DNA from: a virus
DNA: 59,849 nucleotides
Reading direction: 5' to 3' (one strand)
Virus record (IMG/VR): IMGVR_UViG_3300017717_000005
Location: 1 to 59,849 of that record
Part shown: piece after piece, positions 6,896-14,900 of the stretch
Numbering within the stretch: position 1 is the stretch's first letter
Layout: each line of letters opens with the position of its first letter
Made by a program: the position numbers and the translations under genes
Notes under the pieces: model-generated
Told to the model about the DNA's origin: nothing
Database searches by the model: none
Seen by the model: the letters and a program-made list of their open reading frames with translations, nothing else

Positions 6896-7070
6896 AGACA
6901 ACACATACACAACAGAGGATGTGTCAGAGGCTGTCCTCCGCCAATTCGTGAGGGAGTACGAATTGTGGGAGAACCGACAAGAGCGACGCAACCTAGGACC
7001 ACCCGACTACAAAGACCTCGCCTACCGAATGTTCCGATCATATAAAACCGCGAAGTGCTATGGCTTCTAA
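6885..7070 (+). CDS. hypothetical protein (61 aa)
   Basis: ORF overlapping its neighbours by 11 nt on each side. Confidence 0.4.
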   Translation: MLIEDNTYTTEDVSEAVLRQFVREYELWENRQERRNLGPPDYKDLAYRMFRSYKTAKCYGF

Positions 7071-7194
7071 CAAGGAGAAAAAGTTCTACGAGAACTTGGC
7101 AAGCACCAAGAACAACCACACTTCCCGTGCCCGCCGCAGAAAGATGGAGCGTGAACTGAATAAACTACACAAACTCGACAAGAAAGATGAGTGA
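7060..7194 (+). CDS. hypothetical small basic protein (44 aa)
   Basis: My own translation gives MASNKEKKFYENLASTKNNHTSRARRRKMERELNKLHKLDKKDE. The call rests only on gap-filling and plausible composition. Confidence 0.3.
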   Translation: MASNKEKKFYENLASTKNNHTSRARRRKMERELNKLHKLDKKDE

Positions 7195-7318
7195 TGAAAC
7201 AACTACGATGTATGGGTACTTCCGCAACGGAGGTATCTACACCACTCCTAACCTGGAGCTTGCATGGAAGCGCCACACACATGACGAACCCTTTATCATC
7301 CGAGACAATGACGAATGA
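7187..7318 (+). CDS. hypothetical small protein (43 aa)
   Basis: My own translation gives MSDETTTMYGYFRNGGIYTTPNLELAWKRHTHDEPFIIRDNDE. It looks more protein-like than the N-terminal third of the track ORF 7191..7661 in the other frame. Confidence 0.3.
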   Translation: MSDETTTMYGYFRNGGIYTTPNLELAWKRHTHDEPFIIRDNDE

Positions 7319-7661
7319 AGAAGCCATCAAGTTCATCATCAACGAGTATGACTTTGACGCCAAGTCAGTGGTTCTTGCTCGCATGTTTGCCATGGAAGAC
7401 ATCATTGAGTACGACGTAGAGGAATGGGTCAAAATGCCTGTCAGCGCAGGCTTGGCAGAGTTTGTGGAACACTGCCGCCACGCCAACGAGATGGTAATAC
7501 CAAAGTACACCAATCGTGTGTCGTACAACTCGATCGAAATGGAAGCATCACTTCAGGACATCACAAGTAAGATGGAAGAGGTTATGCTTGCGATGCAGGT
7601 ATATGCTGACATCCAAGAAAAAATCAGAGAAAAATTTGCAGAAACTAAAATCACTTCGTAA
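7308..7661 (+). CDS. hypothetical protein (117 aa)
   Basis: In frame with track ORF 7191..7661. I prefer the ATG at 7308 (MTNEEAIKFIINEYDF); the start is uncertain. Confidence 0.5.
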   Translation: MTNEEAIKFIINEYDFDAKSVVLARMFAMEDIIEYDVEEWVKMPVSAGLAEFVEHCRHANEMVIPKYTNRVSYNSIEMEASLQDITSKMEEVMLAMQVYADIQEKIREKFAETKITS

Positions 7662-7666
7662 TTTTG
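7659..7666 (+). promoter_or_regulatory. TAATTTTG -7-type box
   Basis: Matches TAnnTTTG and overlaps the stop at 7659-7661. A possible internal promoter for the replication/recombination genes. Confidence 0.3.
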
Positions 7667-7711
7667 CTGAAGCATTACAACCTACTAGACCAGTCCAAGC
7701 ATGCTGTAGAC

Positions 7712-8056
7712 ATGTACTACGAAACGCTCGGACTACCCAACGAACCTGAGAAGCGACACGCCAAGTACCTCCTGCCACGTCAGGCCATGGGTGTTGCGCT
7801 ATCCAAATACGTCGGCGACTCGATAGCCGCTCACGCATTGGAGAAAGAACGTACAACCATCATCCATTACCGTCGCAAGCATGAAATCAACATGGCTTGG
7901 GCAGAAGGGTATGATACGCTCTTCGAAAACGCCACATACATTGTGAATACCTACATGAACGATGCCGCTAAGGTTGACCGCATTAGATACATTGACAATA
8001 CAATCAAGTTGTTACTTACTGAGAAAGAAAAAATTCAATCCAATATTCATGTCTAA
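7712..8056 (+). CDS. DnaA domain IV-like (Bac_DnaA_C) HTH DNA-binding protein
   Basis: LLPRQAMGVALSKYVGDSIAAHALEKERTTIIHYRRKHE parallels the DnaA C-terminal pattern RPRQxAMxL..L...S...IG..F..RDHTTVxHAxRK. The start could instead be the TTG at 7664 used by the track. Confidence 0.5.
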   Translation: MYYETLGLPNEPEKRHAKYLLPRQAMGVALSKYVGDSIAAHALEKERTTIIHYRRKHEINMAWAEGYDTLFENATYIVNTYMNDAAKVDRIRYIDNTIKLLLTEKEKIQSNIHV

Positions 8057-8579
8057 TTACAAATTCAAGACCACGAACATTCGTGGCAAGAAGTACGTCG
8101 AAGTAAACGAGCGTATCAAGTACCTCCGCCAGGAGGCTGCCCTCAAGAACTACAGCATCATGACTGAGTTCCCTGCCCTTGACAGCGACATGTGTGTATG
8201 CAAATGCACCATCGCCACAGAGCAGGGCAAGATCGTAGCCACAGGCCACGCTCACGAGGAGCGCGGGTCATCCAACATCAACAAGACAAGCTATGTCGAA
8301 AACTGTGAAACATCAGCCGTCGGACGTGCGTTGGCATTCCTCGGAATCGGAATCGACACGTCTATTGCGTCAGCTAATGAAGTCCAAGAAGCTATTGCAA
8401 AGCAAAACTCCCCTGCTTCAACAGAAGCGGATGCCCCTGTGGAGAACATCATGGACAAAGCGGTAACGTACATCAAGTCACAGACAGACAAGCAGAAGGC
8501 GTTTGACTCCATCTACAGCAAGTACAAGGATCAACTGACCGAGAAGCAAGTTGCTGGTCTCAAGAAGTTTGTGCGATGA
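8049..8579 (+). CDS. probable single-strand annealing protein (Rad52/Sak-like)
   Basis: The ATG is at 8049 (MSNYKFKTTNIRGKKYVEVNERIKYL). The motif ENCETSAVGRALAFLGIGI resembles the conserved helix-hairpin of Rad52-type SSAPs. An exonuclease and an SSB follow it. Confidence 0.45.
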   Translation: MSNYKFKTTNIRGKKYVEVNERIKYLRQEAALKNYSIMTEFPALDSDMCVCKCTIATEQGKIVATGHAHEERGSSNINKTSYVENCETSAVGRALAFLGIGIDTSIASANEVQEAIAKQNSPASTEADAPVENIMDKAVTYIKSQTDKQKAFDSIYSKYKDQLTEKQVAGLKKFVR

Positions 8580-8731
8580 AAAATACACTCCTAATCGCAG
8601 CATTCGTCTCAATGACAATGTCTCTGACTCTTTGGTTCACAGGGCAACAACAGGCGGGTCTTTACGTCGGTATCTGGTGCCCAACTATTCTTTCACTTAA
8701 TGGCTTCTTGCCTAAAAAATCATCTAAATGA
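8576..8731 (+). CDS. small two-TM membrane protein (51 aa; below the track cutoff)
   Basis: My own translation gives MKNTLLIAAFVSMTMSLTLWFTGQQQAGLYVGIWCPTILSLNGFLPKKSSK. ATGA overlaps at both ends. Confidence 0.45.
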   Translation: MKNTLLIAAFVSMTMSLTLWFTGQQQAGLYVGIWCPTILSLNGFLPKKSSK

Positions 8732-8961
8732 CATTTTTCTTAGGAGTAATCGTAGGTGCTCTAGGCTCTATCGCCATCTCAAGTATTGTGCTTGAGATGC
8801 GTGATAGGCGCCTATCCAGATCGGGTAAGTACAAGTATTCTGAGAGCATCACCAAGGTCCGCAACATGCGGATGACTGGCATGACTGTTCGTGAAATCTC
8901 AAAGCAAACGGGCATCCCAAAGTCCACTGTACACAGATACTTGTATGTTGAACATTCCTGA
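8728..8961 (+). CDS. membrane-anchored HTH protein (N-terminal TM helix plus resolvase-type HTH)
   Basis: The TM segment MTFFLGVIVGALGSIAISSIVL is followed by basic residues and then GMTVREISKQTGIPKSTVHRYL. Confidence 0.6.
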   Translation: MTFFLGVIVGALGSIAISSIVLEMRDRRLSRSGKYKYSESITKVRNMRMTGMTVREISKQTGIPKSTVHRYLYVEHS

Positions 8962-9733
8962 GGCTCTACAAGAGCGATACAACAAACCTCACTTGTCGTA
9001 CTCATCCCTGAAGGTGGCACTCACCGACATGGCCAAGTTCGACCAGTACATGAAGGGAGAGCTGAAGTTTCAGTCACCTGCACTGACCTTCGGCACCCTT
9101 TACGATATGCTTCTGTTTGAACGCGACAAAGCGTTCGAGACCTACTCGGTAGTATCGGATGAAGCTGTGCTTGACAACTGCTCTGAGAAGACCCGTGCCT
9201 CCAAGAGGCCTAAGCTTACTAAGGAGTACAAGGAGATGCAGAAGCAACTGATCGACGAGGCTGCAGAGCACGGTAAAACGCTATGCTCTCCTGCCGATTG
9301 GAAGATGGCCAACCAGATGATTGACCGCCTCGAACGCTGTGGCCTTGTAGACAAGTACCTGTCATCTGGCAAGTATCAAGTCGAGTTCAATGAACAGCTT
9401 GGACCAATCAGAGTAAAAGGCTTTCTTGACTGCCTCGGCGATGGGTTCATCGTAGACAGCAAGTCCACCAAGGCTGTAGATAAATTCCGCTACAGCGTTC
9501 GTGACTTCAGCTACGACATCCAAGCCTACATCTACTGCAAGGTGTTTGGTGTCAAGAAGTTCTATTGGCTCGTCCAAGAAAAGACTTATCCATATCTGCC
9601 TGCAGTGGTAGATTGTTCAGACGAAACCCTGTTCACTGGAGAGATGAAGTTCAACGATGCCATCGAGCGCATCACAGGCTTCCTCGAAGGTGGCAAACAA
9701 CCTGATCAAGACTATGTTGAGTTCAAAGTTTAA
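8945..9733 (+). CDS. PD-(D/E)XK family exonuclease (RecB/Cas4-like recombination nuclease)
   Basis: GFLDCLGDGFIVDSKSTK provides the D..D-x-K signature, and YDIQAYIY provides a QxxxY motif. I prefer the ATG at 8945 (MLNIPEALQERY). Confidence 0.6.
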   Translation: MLNIPEALQERYNKPHLSYSSLKVALTDMAKFDQYMKGELKFQSPALTFGTLYDMLLFERDKAFETYSVVSDEAVLDNCSEKTRASKRPKLTKEYKEMQKQLIDEAAEHGKTLCSPADWKMANQMIDRLERCGLVDKYLSSGKYQVEFNEQLGPIRVKGFLDCLGDGFIVDSKSTKAVDKFRYSVRDFSYDIQAYIYCKVFGVKKFYWLVQEKTYPYLPAVVDCSDETLFTGEMKFNDAIERITGFLEGGKQPDQDYVEFKV

Positions 9734-9758
9734 CGGGCTTATCAAAGCCGCCATCCCA

Positions 9759-9774
9759 GGAACAGTGTTGTTCC
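9759..9774 (+). terminator. hairpin ggaaca-gtgt-tgttcc followed by T-rich sequence
   Basis: A 6-bp perfect stem 26 nt after the stop at 9733, followed by ttatctattgttttt. Confidence 0.45.
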
Positions 9775-9829
9775 TTATCTATTGTTTTTCAGTAACCATT
9801 TTTTCTTATATCCTAAATTTTATTACATC

Positions 9830-10138
9830 ATGAGCGATCAGAAGTATGATTCCGTTCTCGTTGGCTGGGCCGACGAACCCAAGTTGAATGACAACGGCGA
9901 AGTCCAAGCATGGACCCTGCGTCTCAAAGACCACGAGCTCAAAGACATGCTCGACCAGTATGTCACATCTCGTAACGAACAAGGACATGGCGGCAACGTC
10001 TATGTGACTTTGTTCATGTCCAAGAACGGCAAGGCATGTGCTCGCGTCTTCAACCCTAACAGCGAAGCTGCCAAGGAGAAGCGTGCGGCTAAAGCAAGTA
10101 GCAGTGCAGAGCAAGAGTCTGCAGACCTGCCCTTCTAA
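9830..10138 (+). CDS. single-stranded DNA-binding protein (small, acidic DLPF C-terminal tail)
   Basis: The C-terminus ...SSSAEQESADLPF mimics the bacterial SSB DDDIPF tail. The gene sits within the recombination/replication module. The ATG is at 9830 (MSDQKYDSV). Confidence 0.5.
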   Translation: MSDQKYDSVLVGWADEPKLNDNGEVQAWTLRLKDHELKDMLDQYVTSRNEQGHGGNVYVTLFMSKNGKACARVFNPNSEAAKEKRAAKASSSAEQESADLPF

Positions 10139-10160
10139 AATAGCGGGGCTGTACGCAGCG

Positions 10161-10466
10161 ATGGAGTGGGGGCTGAGGAACATCACGTTCCTTGGTCCCT
10201 ATTCTTTCTGCGGAACCAAAGACAATGTAAACCTCACATTTCACTGCAACATGCAAGAATACGACGAAGACTTCAATGTCTACATCCCAGAGTTTACAGA
10301 GAAGTACATCATGCTCATCATTCCCAACAAGGAAGGAGACAACAGCGTTCTCTTGACTAAGGACGACTGCGCTGATGTGATGGGGAGCAAGGTGTCTCTC
10401 AAGTGGATCTCCAATAAACTCAAAAGAAAATGGGAAATGAAGGTCTCCCGAACATCTACTACATGA
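10161..10466 (+). CDS. hypothetical protein (101 aa)
   Basis: I prefer the ATG at 10161 (MEWGLRNITF), because the upstream track extension overlaps the SSB gene. Confidence 0.5.
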   Translation: MEWGLRNITFLGPYSFCGTKDNVNLTFHCNMQEYDEDFNVYIPEFTEKYIMLIIPNKEGDNSVLLTKDDCADVMGSKVSLKWISNKLKRKWEMKVSRTSTT

Positions 10467-10690
10467 GCGCAGAGGTCGCCTATAAAAAGGGTAAGATCAT
10501 ACATAGGCGAACTGTTTGGGTGGTCAGCAGGTACACAACACCTGCTGACATCATGGCTCATGACATAAAGACGATGAGCAGGCTCGATCGAGATCTGTAC
10601 GGTAAAGCATACAAAGGCAAACGTCAAGTAATTTTGCGCGAGGTGAGCCATGTAAAAGCAGTAGGAAAAGTAAACCGAATAGCAGTATGA
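10463..10690 (+). CDS. hypothetical basic protein (75 aa)
   Basis: The ATG at 10463 overlaps the upstream TGA (ATGA). Confidence 0.45.
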   Translation: MSAEVAYKKGKIIHRRTVWVVSRYTTPADIMAHDIKTMSRLDRDLYGKAYKGKRQVILREVSHVKAVGKVNRIAV

Positions 10691-10995
10691 AACCATCAGA
10701 CAGACAAGAGGGCGGAGAGCATTACAACATGCCCATCCAACCCACCGAGTTCATCTTCAAGAACGGCATCCCGTTTATTGAGGGCAACATCATCAAGTAC
10801 GTTACACGACACCGCGAAAAGAATGGGGCGGAGGATATCCTAAAAGCCATTCACTATCTAGAACTCATCCTTGAATACGACTACAATGAAAGTGACATTC
10901 TTCCAAACCGTCTTCGACAAGAACGCACCGCACCATGTCAGCGTGTCGACTGCCCTCGACAGAATCAAGAAGGGCCAATCGAAAACCACGATTGA
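10687..10995 (+). CDS. DUF3310-family protein
   Basis: GGEHYNMPIQPTEFI...GNIIKYVTRHREKNGAEDILKAIHYLELI matches my recollection of the DUF3310 pattern (GG.HY ... KY..R ... D..KA..Y). The 3' 110 nt overlap the primase gene out of frame. Confidence 0.6.
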   Translation: MKPSDRQEGGEHYNMPIQPTEFIFKNGIPFIEGNIIKYVTRHREKNGAEDILKAIHYLELILEYDYNESDILPNRLRQERTAPCQRVDCPRQNQEGPIENHD

Positions 10996-12739
10996 TGCGA
11001 TACGGTCTGGAAACAAAGACGCCAAGAAGAAACTTCCTGTCGTATGCTTTAGCGGTGAGTTTGCAACACGTGCAGACGATGCTCTATTCGAGCACAGCAG
11101 TCTCCTTGTTCTGGACTTCGATCACATTGACGTTGCTCAGGCCAAAGGCGCGTTGGCTACGGATGATTACGTCTACAGCTGCTGGGTTTCACCGAGCGGT
11201 GATGGGCTCAAGGCTCTGGTAAAAGTCACCAACCCTGAGCGACACCGCGATCACTTCCGTGCCCTTCGAACCTACTTCCATAAGCAGTACGACCTGGAGG
11301 TTGACGAGTCAGGTGTCAATGAGTCACGGGCTTGCTTTGAATCCTACGACCCAGACCTGATCCTGAACCCCGACTCTAAGAGCTTTGGTGCCTTCGCCTC
11401 TGAGAAGAGCGAGAAGCCACAGGAAGCCAAGGTTGGAGAGTTCACGGACTACATGAAGCTGAACCTCGCTTGCCGTATGGTGCGGCAAGCTGAGGAGGGA
11501 GAGAAGCACGCTGCCCTGTTGAAAGCGTCTAAGCTGGTTGGTGGTTACATATCTGCAGGCCGTCTCGAAGAAGAGGAGGCTGTCCGCATTCTCTTCCGTG
11601 AGATCTGCAAACGTGACATCGACAGCGAGGACGCAGCCATGACTACGATCCGTCAGGCTATTGAGGTCGGCAAGCGACTACCAATCCGTGCGATCATCGA
11701 CAACGAGCAGGAAGCACAGCGCGAGCTGCTCATCAACGACGGTGACATGTCCTTCATCTCTTCAGATGACGAGGACTTCCGATGGATTGACGACTACGCC
11801 AACGGTAAGATCCCTGTGGGATTGGACACTGGCGACGACAAGCTGGACGAATACTTTCGCTACAAGAAAGAGTTCTTGATTATGAACGGCCACTCCAATG
11901 TAGGTAAGACTACGTTTGCACTATACATGATGGTGAACTCAGCCGTGCGGCATGGATGGAAGTGGGTTGTGTACTCCTCGGAGAACCGTACCGCATCCCT
12001 GAAGATGTCGCTCATGCAGTTCGCTGTCAATCGCAGGATCGCAGACATGAACTACGATCAACGGAAGGCCGCTTACAAGTGGGTCAACGATCACTTTACC
12101 GTGATTAGCAACAACCAGGTGTACTCTTACTCTGACATCATTGTCTTCCTTGAGAAGATCGTTCGTCAGCAGGAATGTGACGCTGTGTTTGTGGACCCGT
12201 ACAACAGCTTAAAGATTGAGCTTACAGGTAATGGGAGTTCTCATGACTACCATTACCAAGCAGCTTCAGAGTTCTTGACGTTCTCTACCACTAACGACAT
12301 CGCTGTGTGGCTTAACATGCACGCTGTGACGGAAGCGCAGAGACGGAAGGGTGACGATGGTCTGCCTGTAGCACCATTCGCAGAAGACACAGAGGGAGGC
12401 GGTAAGTTCGTGAACCGAGCTGACTGCTTTGTTACGGTCCACCGAAAGGTACAAGCACCAGATCACAACATCAAAAAGACAACTGAGTTGCACATTCGTA
12501 AGGTCCGTGAAACCGAGACAGGAGGACAGCCTACCTCGTTTGACGACCCAATCACCTTTACAATGAACACAGCGCACACAGCCTTTCGCATCAACACGAC
12601 AGGCAAGGAGCTGTTTCAAAGCATTGACAAGGAGTTTGATAAGTACGAGAAGTTCAACATGCCCACTAACGAGTTCTTTTTCGGAAAAGAAGCTGTAACT
12701 TCACATAGTGAAGCGACAAACGAAGAAATCTTCTCGTAA
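10886..12739 (+). CDS. primase-helicase (VirE_N/BT4734-like N-terminal domain plus P-loop SF4/RecA-like helicase)
   Basis: The N-terminus KKLPVVCFSGEF...HSSLLVLDFDHID...SPSGDGLKALVKV resembles the VirE_N/BT4734 domain. Walker A is NGHSNVGKTT and Walker B-like is AVFVDPYNSL. Confidence 0.7.
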   Translation: MKVTFFQTVFDKNAPHHVSVSTALDRIKKGQSKTTIDAIRSGNKDAKKKLPVVCFSGEFATRADDALFEHSSLLVLDFDHIDVAQAKGALATDDYVYSCWVSPSGDGLKALVKVTNPERHRDHFRALRTYFHKQYDLEVDESGVNESRACFESYDPDLILNPDSKSFGAFASEKSEKPQEAKVGEFTDYMKLNLACRMVRQAEEGEKHAALLKASKLVGGYISAGRLEEEEAVRILFREICKRDIDSEDAAMTTIRQAIEVGKRLPIRAIIDNEQEAQRELLINDGDMSFISSDDEDFRWIDDYANGKIPVGLDTGDDKLDEYFRYKKEFLIMNGHSNVGKTTFALYMMVNSAVRHGWKWVVYSSENRTASLKMSLMQFAVNRRIADMNYDQRKAAYKWVNDHFTVISNNQVYSYSDIIVFLEKIVRQQECDAVFVDPYNSLKIELTGNGSSHDYHYQAASEFLTFSTTNDIAVWLNMHAVTEAQRRKGDDGLPVAPFAEDTEGGGKFVNRADCFVTVHRKVQAPDHNIKKTTELHIRKVRETETGGQPTSFDDPITFTMNTAHTAFRINTTGKELFQSIDKEFDKYEKFNMPTNEFFFGKEAVTSHSEATNEEIFS

Positions 12740-13247
12740 GGGGAGTTCGAAGAAGAAGGACTTAGGAAAGTACAAGAGTGGTTTAGAGAAGACTTGCGGT
12801 AACTTACTCGCTGAATTGGGCCTAGATTTTGCCTATGAGGAACACGAGTACGAGATCATGCCCAAGTTTTGGTACCCACAGACGTATTGGAAGATGACCC
12901 CTAAATCAAAGGGGCTCATCGACAAGACAAACAAAGTGGTGCTGCCAATCAAATACACTCCTGACTTCGTAGCCAAAGACGGAAGCTGGATCATCGAAAC
13001 GAAAGGGTACATCCATTCACATCATGATTTTCCCATGAGGTGGAAGCTGTTCATGGATTATCTGATTAAGAAAGGTGAGCCACTTCCAATGCTCTTCATC
13101 TGCCGCAACAAGCGACAGATCGAGCAAGCAATTTACATTATCAAACAAACTAAAAAGGATGAAGAAGCCAATCCCTATCGAAGAGCTAGGCAGGCTGTAC
13201 GGCGTCGCGCAAGAGAGGATGCAGGAGACCATCACGAATTACTGTGA
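12708..13247 (+). CDS. T7 endonuclease I-like Holliday junction resolvase
   Basis: KSGLEKTCGNLLAELGLDFAYEE...KYTPDFVAKDGSWIIETKGY parallels the T7 gp3 pattern SGLE...G..F.YE...YTPDF....ETKG. The only start is a GTG at 12708. Confidence 0.65.
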   Translation: MKRQTKKSSRKGSSKKKDLGKYKSGLEKTCGNLLAELGLDFAYEEHEYEIMPKFWYPQTYWKMTPKSKGLIDKTNKVVLPIKYTPDFVAKDGSWIIETKGYIHSHHDFPMRWKLFMDYLIKKGEPLPMLFICRNKRQIEQAIYIIKQTKKDEEANPYRRARQAVRRRAREDAGDHHELL

Positions 13248-13413
13248 AGATCTCTACACATCTGAGGGCGCACCACGTACAGACCCAGGTCAAATTTCAC
13301 GCGCAGTAGACTCGTTGATCTCTAAGCTCCGACATGAGGCCAGCTTGATTAAAGACGCATCCTACGAATACTTCGAATCAAATGCAGACAAAAGCCAGGA
13401 GGAGTTATTCTAA
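13159..13413 (+). CDS. hypothetical protein (84 aa), possible HTH at the N-terminus
   Basis: Begins at ATG 13159 (MKKPIPIEELGRLYGVAQERM). Overlaps the resolvase tail by 89 nt out of frame. Confidence 0.45.
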   Translation: MKKPIPIEELGRLYGVAQERMQETITNYCEDLYTSEGAPRTDPGQISRAVDSLISKLRHEASLIKDASYEYFESNADKSQEELF

Positions 13414-13426
13414 CTCAACTGGTAGA

Positions 13427-13876
13427 ATGGCAGAGGTGAGGTTCAAGAGAGCCGCTGAGAAGTTAGGATTCAAGGTCATGAAGGCCAACCCAAAGGAGGA
13501 TATGCACCAGCACATCGACTACTGGCTCCTGTATTCAGACAGGAAGCACGCAGTTGATGTAAAGGGGAACAATCTACCAGATGAGATCTGGTGTGAGTTC
13601 AAGAACGTTAGGGGAAACCCAGGATGGATGTATGGCAACGCGCACATCATCGCATTCGATATGCCCGAAGAGGGTGGGTTTGTCATTGTCGATAGACAAG
13701 AGCTTGCCTTCTGGTGCGAGAAGCACGTGAAGGACGAAGTCGTCACCGATAAACGCGATGCGTACCTCAAAAAGTACACACGCAAAGATCGGCAGGACGT
13801 CATTACCAAGCTCAACTTGATGGATCTCAATCTATTAGAATCGTATCGCGTTTGGCCTTACGAAACAGATTATTGA
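13427..13876 (+). CDS. restriction-endonuclease-fold (PD-(D/E)XK-like) protein
   Basis: HQHIDYWLL...HAVDVKGNN...CEFKN gives a D...(D/E)xK arrangement. The start (13427 or 13382) is uncertain. Confidence 0.4.
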   Translation: MAEVRFKRAAEKLGFKVMKANPKEDMHQHIDYWLLYSDRKHAVDVKGNNLPDEIWCEFKNVRGNPGWMYGNAHIIAFDMPEEGGFVIVDRQELAFWCEKHVKDEVVTDKRDAYLKKYTRKDRQDVITKLNLMDLNLLESYRVWPYETDY

Positions 13877-13916
13877 GTATCTTACTCGTCCTTTCACCAT
13901 TCATTTACAGCAACCC

Positions 13917-14900
13917 ATGACTACCTCAATCTTTGAGAAGAGGCTGAGCTACAAGCCCTTTGACTATTCTGAAATTACTGACCCACTCATCAATGCGATG
14001 TGGGCAAGCCACTGGACTCACAACGAATTTAACTTCAAAGCTGATGTCCAAGATTACCACACCTCTCTCTCCGATCAAGAGAGAGCAGTAATCAAGCGAG
14101 CCATACTTCTCATTTCCCAAGTTGAAGTGGCAGTAAAATCATACTGGTCAAACATTGGAAAGCATCTGCCTAAGCCAGAGATTGCGGACATGGGGGCTGT
14201 ATTTGGTGGCGTTGAAGTGATCCACTCCCGCGCTTACTCTGAGATCTTGAGTAAGCTTGGACTGGAAGGAGAGTTCACTACCCTCCTAGAGAATGAGCCT
14301 GTACTGAACCGCGTTACTTACCTGAACAAATACGTTGATCGCGTATTTGAAGACGACAAGAAGCAGTTCCTCTACAGTCTCATCCTCTTCACGCTATTCA
14401 CCGAGAACGTCTCTCTGTTCAGCCAGTTCTACACTGTGCTTGGATTCAACCGCTTCAAGGCTGTGCTAAAGGACACCGCAAACGTGGTGCAGTACACCTC
14501 GAAGGAAGAGAACCTGCACGCTGAGGGTGGGATGGCACTGATCAACCAGATCCGTGCTGAGCATCCCGAGCTGTTTGACGCTGAGCTGGAGACACGCATC
14601 TGGGAAGAAGCCCAGGTTGCGCTGGACGCAGAGAGCAACTTAATTAAGTGGATCCTGCAAGGCTTTGAGAATGAGTTCCTTAGCGAGCCTATCTTAAACA
14701 ATTACCTCAAGAACAGAGTGAACGAGAGCATGCGCCGCATCGGGTTTGCATTCGAGTTTCCTGTCAACGAGGAGAGGTTGGAAGTCACCGCGTGGATGGA
14801 CGAGGAGGTATATGCCTCAGCCCTATCTGACTTCTTCCACAAGAAGCCTATCGACTACGCAAAAAGCACAAAGAGTTTCACAGCAGACGATTTATTTTAA
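13917..14900 (+). CDS. nrdB: ribonucleotide reductase class I small subunit (beta)
   Basis: Typical R2 features: a ferritin-like fold with iron ligands (VEVIHSRAYS, EENLHAEGG), a C-terminal tail, and a position immediately upstream of the large subunit. Confidence 0.85.
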   Translation: MTTSIFEKRLSYKPFDYSEITDPLINAMWASHWTHNEFNFKADVQDYHTSLSDQERAVIKRAILLISQVEVAVKSYWSNIGKHLPKPEIADMGAVFGGVEVIHSRAYSEILSKLGLEGEFTTLLENEPVLNRVTYLNKYVDRVFEDDKKQFLYSLILFTLFTENVSLFSQFYTVLGFNRFKAVLKDTANVVQYTSKEENLHAEGGMALINQIRAEHPELFDAELETRIWEEAQVALDAESNLIKWILQGFENEFLSEPILNNYLKNRVNESMRRIGFAFEFPVNEERLEVTAWMDEEVYASALSDFFHKKPIDYAKSTKSFTADDLF

